A stretch of 64,000 nucleotides of DNA. Source: Ostreococcus lucimarinus. Its lineage: Eukaryota. The stretch is taken from the NCBI GenBank assembly GCA_000092065.1, contig CP000592.1. One strand, given 5' to 3'. Made by a program: the position numbers and the translations under genes. The notes under the pieces are model-generated. The model was not told the DNA's origin, did no database searches, and was given only the letters and a program-made list of their open reading frames with translations. Numbering within the stretch: position 1 is the first letter of the stretch; every line of letters starts with the position of its first letter. Of this stretch, positions 58,131-64,000 are shown in pieces.

Positions 58131-60641
58131 ATGACGAATTTAATGGTGCAGTTCTCAGACTTAGATTGCGTGGACGTCGATCGCGTGCGAGATAAGTTGA
58201 TCGATGCGTTTGAACGCTTGGTCGATTACGCGCAGACGGCGGCGGAGAGCAATTTCTCTTCCATGTCCAAGGATATGCGCGATGTTTATGTGGATATCGT
58301 GTGGATTATTACTGAGTTGGTGAATGGTGCGGATGCGAAAGAAAAAGCGGATTGGGAGCGATTCGTCAACACCGCTACTAACGCGATTCTCATCGAAAAT
58401 TTGCCCCCTCTGATGCGACGGGAAACGCTTCTCTGTTTGAAATCGGTCACGCAAGGATGTGTGGACACGTCGACCGCACTTAAAGATGCGATTTATCCGA
58501 ACGCTAACGTCAAAAGAAGTAGACGCGGTGACTCGAACTCCAAGCTCGGTTTACTTAGGCAAGTGTTTTTGAAGTGCGGCGATTTCAACGCCCAAAAGCA
58601 CATCGCCGAGATTTTGTTCCGTCTCGTCAAGGCGAACCTTCTCGAACAAGACGTCGCGTCTACCATCTTCAAGCACGTGACGTCACAGTTTAAGGATTTA
58701 TTCAGGATTCAAGATACCGCGCAGATGTTCAAATCGCTCAAGACTTTGGTTCGACACTTCAACGCCGCGCAAGGCAGCGCTGCCTCGGTCAAGTCTTTTG
58801 AAGCCAAAAATTTACGTCTAGTTGACTTGCAAGTGCACGATAAATGGGTCAATTTCGGTCAAGAAATGCTCACCGTGCACGTGGTCATGGAAGACGATGG
58901 TAGTATTGAGCCGGTGGATATCTTGTACTCGAACATTCGCGCGTTTTCTATGCCCAAGAAAAACGTCGCGCACATCGGCATTCGCGAGAAACCTCTTGGC
59001 TTGGCGGCGGAAGATCCTTTTGATATCGAAGACGACGAGTGGATTCAAATCGAATTCCATGATCAAAATGTTCCGGCTGTGATTGAACAGCTGTTTCGAA
59101 TCGGTAAGCAAAACGACATCGTCGAAATGTACATCACGAATGCAAACTTGGTGCCGAGCAAAAAAATGTCCGCGGGCATCTTAGACGTCGAATTGAACTC
59201 TGAGTCTGAATCTTTGGAACATGATGCGCCCGCGGTGAAACCGACGCCCGTCGTGCTCAAATCGAAGTCGAAGCCGAAGCCGAAGAAAGCGCCTCGGAAG
59301 ACTCGTGAGAAAACTGCCGCTCTAGTGGTCTCCGAAACAGAATCCGATTCTGAGGAAGTGCCGAAAGCCGTCAAGCCGACGCAAGCGTCTCGACAGCTTC
59401 CGAAGCGTAAAGCGAAGCAAGATGGTATCAAAAAGTTAAACCAGCAGCTCAATGATATTTTAGAGACTTCCGATCTCGCCGAAGAGCCTGAACCGTCGCT
59501 GTCTCCTCCACCGGCAAAGCGCACCTCGCCTCCGCAACGACTTCAACCTGTTCGTCAGCTTGAGTATTCTCCGCGACGCGAAATGGAGGACGATGAGGAC
59601 AACGACAACGACGACGACGACGCGCAAGAAGATGAATGGACTCATGAAGATATTCCTGCTCTCGTGAAGATGATCAAGGCGAAAGGTACGACGAAGAAGC
59701 AGCGCGAGGAATACCAGCGCGTCGTCGATCGATTGAAGCAAAGCGAATCTCGCGATGTTTCTTTGGGGAAGTCATTGTTTAAAACGCCCGCGCCGTCGCT
59801 TCAAGCGCCGAAGACCGGACCACGACCTGGCATACTCAAGTCCCCCGACGCTAAGCGTTTGAAAACCGGTCCTTATGATAGCGTCGTGGATTGGCGCAAG
59901 CGTCTCGCCCCAGTTCAAACGACAAAGAAGCCCGCTCGAACGACTACGACGGCGACTACGACTACGACGGACTTGAACTTTGACGACGATGAAGACGATG
60001 AAGACACTGGTGGTGGTACTTTAACCCCTCTGTCAAACTTTCTCAACGCATCTGACGATGTCTCGCCGTTACTGAGCGACGAAAAAGCGAAGAAGAAGTC
60101 TAAAACTCGCCGCTCGGCGCCCGCGGACGTCGCCGCCATGGGCGACGACATGGTTGGATTCCAGCAAATGATGCAATCTCTCGCCGAACGCAATCGACGA
60201 ATCGCGCGCGAGCGCATCGAGTCACTCGTGAACGAGTTCAGAGTCGAGTCCGAGGCCGCGAGTCGTAAGTTCATCTCTCAAGCCGAACAAGATTACGAAA
60301 CGTTCGCGCGCGCCGCCGGGCGCCAAGCCGCCGAGCGTTCGCGAGAGTCCAAAACCATCGCCTCTCGCGTCGAAGCCCTCACTCGCGAGTACAAATCCGC
60401 GCTCCGCGTCGCCTACGAAGATTTTACCGCCAACAAGCGCGCCATCGTCGCCGACACCGCCCGCATCACCGACGATCTCGCGCAAATCGACGCCAAGCAC
60501 GCCGCCGCCGCCAAGCGGCTCCTCGAAAAGCTCGACGCCAAGCGCCGCAAGGTCGCCACCGACGTCGACACCGCCGCTCGCGCCGCCCACACCAACGACG
60601 GCGTTAAATCCATGCTCTTAGAGCTCGCTCGCAAGATGTGA
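58131..60641 (+). CDS. hypothetical nuclear protein: structured N-terminal about 330-aa domain, long Lys/Ser/Pro-rich disordered middle, C-terminal coiled coil
   Basis: The ORF has coding-like bias. The first ATG is at 58131; the track start at 58101 is GTG. The architecture (helical N-domain, acidic/basic low-complexity linker, about 150-aa C-terminal coiled coil) resembles chromosome-axis proteins, but I cannot assign a family. Confidence 0.45.
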   Translation: [836 protein letters not shown]

Positions 60642-60717
60642 GCGCGTCTCGCGTCTCCGATACGTCCGCCCGATACGTCCGCCCTCGTCCGTCTTATCTA
60701 AAAAAAAAAAGACCAAG

Positions 60718-63479
60718 ATGGTCTTTGTCGTCGCACCCTTTTTCTCGACGTCACCACGTTTCCGAGTCCCCCGAACGACCGTTCGCGACCCATCGGCTGA
60801 TCTTTTTCGCTCCAGCGTGGCGGCGACCGGGACGAATGCGCGTGCCGTCGTCGCGTCGTCGCGCGCGCGCGTCGCGTCACATCGACGCGTGCGCGCACAC
60901 CGACGACCGGTAGACATGATCGCACACACGGCGACGTCGCGCGTCGTGCGCGCGCGCGCCGCGACGCGCGGACGCGGGACGACGACGACGACGACGCGGA
61001 GAATTATCCAAACGCGCGGCGCCGCGCGCGAAGACGCGCGCTGGGCGACGCCGCGATGCGTCCCGGCGCCCGGCGCGCGAGCGATGGTGAACGTCGGAGG
61101 ACGACACGCGCGCGCCGCGGGGGGCGGACGGATGGATCGACGACGCAACGCGGCGACGAGGACGACGAGCGCGAGCAAGGGCGAAGGGGACAACGCGGCG
61201 AGCACGGAGGAGATTGAAAAGTGCCTCGAGGATGAGGAGTGCAAGAGCGAGACGCTGATGACGTTGGAAAACGCGCTCGCGAGCGTGGACAGCGACGTCG
61301 TGGGTGACGCGGATGGTGGAGTTGTGGTGAAGAAGGAGACGACGCCGAAGGCGTTCGTCAACGCGAAAACCATCGACGAGTCGGATTTCGAGGACGTGGT
61401 GGTTTCTGAACCGCCGTTGAACATTGAACGATTGAAATCAGTAGGAACGATCGCTCGATCGTTCGAGATTTGGAGCTTTGTCGTGGCGTTCGTGTTCAGA
61501 CGGGTTTTCATAGGGGTGAAGTGGTCGTACAAGGGCGGATACACCGAGGAGAAGCGCATCGCGAGGCTCGAGCGTTTGGCGAGCTGGTTGCGCAAGGGGC
61601 TGCTTCGACTTGGACCGACGTTCATCAAGGTTGGTCAGCAGTTCTCTACTCGTGTTGATGTGTTGAGCCCGCAATTCATTCGAGAGCTCGAAAAGTTGCA
61701 AGATCGCGTCCCGCCGTTTCCGACCAAGCTCGCCAAGGAAATCCTCGACGAAGAGCTCGGTGGTCCGGTTGAATCGTTCTTCGACAATTTCGAAGACACT
61801 CCGCTCGCGGCGGCGTCCTTGGGTCAGGTCCACCGCGCGCAAATGAAGGCGACGGGCGAGCAAGTCATCATCAAGGTGCAACGCCCGGGCTTGAAGGAGA
61901 TTTTCGACATTGACCTTAAAAACTTGCGCGTCATCGCCAAGTGGTTGCAAAAGGTCGATCCGAAGAACGACGGCGCCAAGCGCGATTGGGTGGCGATTTT
62001 CGATGAAACGGCGCGCGTGCTGTACGATGAAGTCGACTACACCAACGAGGCGAAGAACGCGGAAGAGTTCAAGAAGCAGTTCACCGGCGACGACTGGATA
62101 AAGGTTCCTCGCATTTACTGGGAATTCACCAAGCGTCGTACGTTGTGCATGGAGTACGCGCCGGCGACGAAGATCAACGATGTGGAGGCCATTAAGGCGA
62201 TGGGAATCGATCCCGATCGCATGGCTCGCCTCGCCGTCGAGGCTTACTTGCAGCAAGTGTTGCGATTTGGTTTCTTCCACGCGGATCCGCACCCTGGTAA
62301 CGTCGCCGTCGACAAGGGTGATCCGGAAGGCAAGGGGCGATTAGTTGTGTATGATTACGGTATGATGGGTCGCATTCCCAGCCAAACTCGTGATGGATTG
62401 TTAGATTTGTTCTATGCGACGTACGAAGGTCAAAGCGACAGCGCCGTGAAGGCGTTGATGAAGATGGGCGTGCTCGTGGACACGGGCGCCGATCTCACCG
62501 CGGTGAAGCGTACGGCGGATTTCTTTTTGACGCAATTCGATGCTCGCATCAACGCGCAAAAGAAGGCTCGCGAAACGAACAAGGAAGAGTTTGAGGCTGA
62601 GTTCAAGGCGCCGCGCACCAAGGAGGAGAAACAGCAAGTTCGCAAGCGCATTTTGTCCAACATCGGCGAAGATTTGCTCGTCGTGAGCAAGGATCAACCG
62701 TTCCGATTCCCGGCTGAATTTACATTTGTGGTGGTAAGTACTCGCTCGCTCGCTCGCTCATCGACAGTGGCACTTTGCAGATCGTTTGCGATGATGAGAC
62801 AACGCTATCTAGATACACTTTCTCGATGAATGTTTCTGGGTTTCGGCTCGGCGCAGTGTTGATTACTTTACAGCAATGTGGTTTCTCTGAGCATACGCAC
62901 TCGGCTCGTCGACCAAAGCGTCATCTCGCGAACGCACTGAAACTGACCTATAAAATTTCTTCCCTCTCACAGCGAGCCTTCTCCGTGTTAGACGGAATCG
63001 GTAAGACGCTCAACAAGAAGTTTGACATTTCCGAAATCGCGGCGCCGTACGCGCGCAACTTGCTCATTGAAGCGAACCCGAACTCGTTGCCGCCGCAAGT
63101 CGTGACGGCTCAGCGCGACTGGTTGCGTCGCGCCGATGCTCAAACGAAGGCCATCGTCAACTTGTTCAAGGGTCCGGATGCCATTTATGACATTGCGGAC
63201 ACCATGCGTCGCATCGAAACGGGCAAGTTGAAGATTCGCGTCCGCGCTCTCGAAGCCGAACGCGCGCTTGATCGCATGGCCATCATGCAAGGCGTTACGA
63301 TTCAAGCTCTTCTCGCGGCCTGCGCGACGAACATTGGTGTTGTGTTGTACGTGAGTAGCTTGACATTGTACGCGCAATGCGCGTTTGGCGCCGCCGGTTT
63401 GCTCGCGTTCAAGGCGCTCACGGGCCAACTCAAGGTTGCCAAGCTCTTGAAGAAGGAGAACTCCATCCTCGGAGCTTAG
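60718..63479 (+). CDS. ABC1K: ABC1/ADCK-family atypical kinase (plastid ABC1K-like); join(60718..62733,62973..63479)
   Basis: An Arg/Ala/Thr-rich presequence precedes the ABC1 domain (LGPTFIKVGQQFSTRVDVL..ASLGQVHRA..IKVQRPG..FHADPHPGNVAV..YDYGMMG). The first ORF ends at FTFVV followed by GTAAGT, and the second ORF resumes with RAFSVLDGIGKTL, which is the expected continuation. The intron is 239 nt, with a GAAACTGAC branch point and a TCACAG acceptor at 62971-62972. Confidence 0.85.
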
Positions 63480-63624
63480 ACGCGCGGAGGAAACGTACGA
63501 CGAACGTAGAGATACATATGTGGCATTTAATGCAACGCTCAAAATTCATTATTAAAATTATAAACACCTCACGACGACGAATTGATGAGTGAAGCCGCGT
63601 TAAAAATATGAGCCGGCGGCGACG

Positions 63625-64000
63625 CTAAAAATCGCAGTCAGTGCGGAACGAGTGATTCTCTTCTCCACCCTGCATGACGCCTGCTTTCTGGTACTGATCC
63701 ACGCGATGTTCGAAAAAGTTTGCCTTGCCTTGGAGCGAAATGAGCTCCATCCAATCAAACGGATTGACCGCGTTGTAAAGCTTCGACACGCCCAACTGAA
63801 GGAGAAGTCGGTCGGCGACAAACTCGATGTACGTGCTCATCATGTTTGCATTCATACCGACGAGGGAACAGCTCAGAGCGTCGCACACGAACTCTTTCTC
63901 TATTGTCACCGCATCTCCAACGAGTTGGTGTAGAACCTTCTCCGATAATGGATTCTCCAGCATGCTATACAACAGACACGCAAAGTCGCAGTGTAATCCT
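63625..64000 (-). CDS. RNR2: ribonucleotide reductase small subunit (R2), 3' portion; the gene continues beyond the window end
   Basis: [64 protein letters not shown] matches the RRM2 C-terminus ([52 protein letters not shown]). The reading frame stays open to the window edge. Confidence 0.85.
   Translation of the reverse strand, partial: [124 protein letters not shown]

Noticed and set aside
60696-60706. A11 homopolymer 12 nt upstream of the ABC1K start codon
   Set aside because: It is a single short poly(A) run in a 5' UTR. It is striking only because the genome is GC-rich, and I have no evidence of function.

Overview
The window is GC-rich (my estimate about 65%) and extremely gene-dense, and it reads as nuclear DNA from a compact eukaryote. 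The evidence is a canonical divergent histone H2A/H2B pair, a five-unit polyubiquitin gene, and sparse short spliceosomal introns that share a GTGCGCGCGA-type donor and an ACTGAC branch point. My inference, which I cannot test here, is a green picoalga of the Mamiellophyceae (Micromonas/Ostreococcus-like). I can support about 36 protein-coding genes from the translations. They include proteasome RPN2, UNC-50, MAU2/SCC4, an RNF4-like RING E3, AIM24, Sec31, a CFIm/CPSF6-like RRM protein, XAP5, histones H2A and H2B, a long-chain acyl-CoA synthetase, RPL26, MCM8, uroporphyrinogen-III synthase, ALIX/BRO1, a TRIP12/UPL3-type HECT E3, a thylakoid-lumen cyclophilin, RimO, acyl carrier protein, a GT95 HPAT-like glycosyltransferase, a Qa-SNARE syntaxin, bL27, polyubiquitin, Elongin C, an ABC1 kinase and the 3' end of ribonucleotide reductase R2. 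The most interesting structure is a thiamine module of four adjacent genes: a ThiD-ThiE fusion, TenA, an SSS-family transporter and ThiM. The transporter is preceded by a sequence that matches a TPP riboswitch aptamer with compensatory base changes. An inverted pair of a roughly 85-nt element sits next to that riboswitch. The same element recurs upstream of at least three other genes, always pointing toward the start codon, and once as a triple tandem array. Many long ORFs in the supplied track are Arg/Ala-rich antisense or out-of-frame artefacts of the GC-rich sequence, and I reject them. The ORF track uses alternative start codons, so I moved gene starts to the first real ATG where needed. 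Splice-site coordinates were read by hand and may be off by 1-3 nt.
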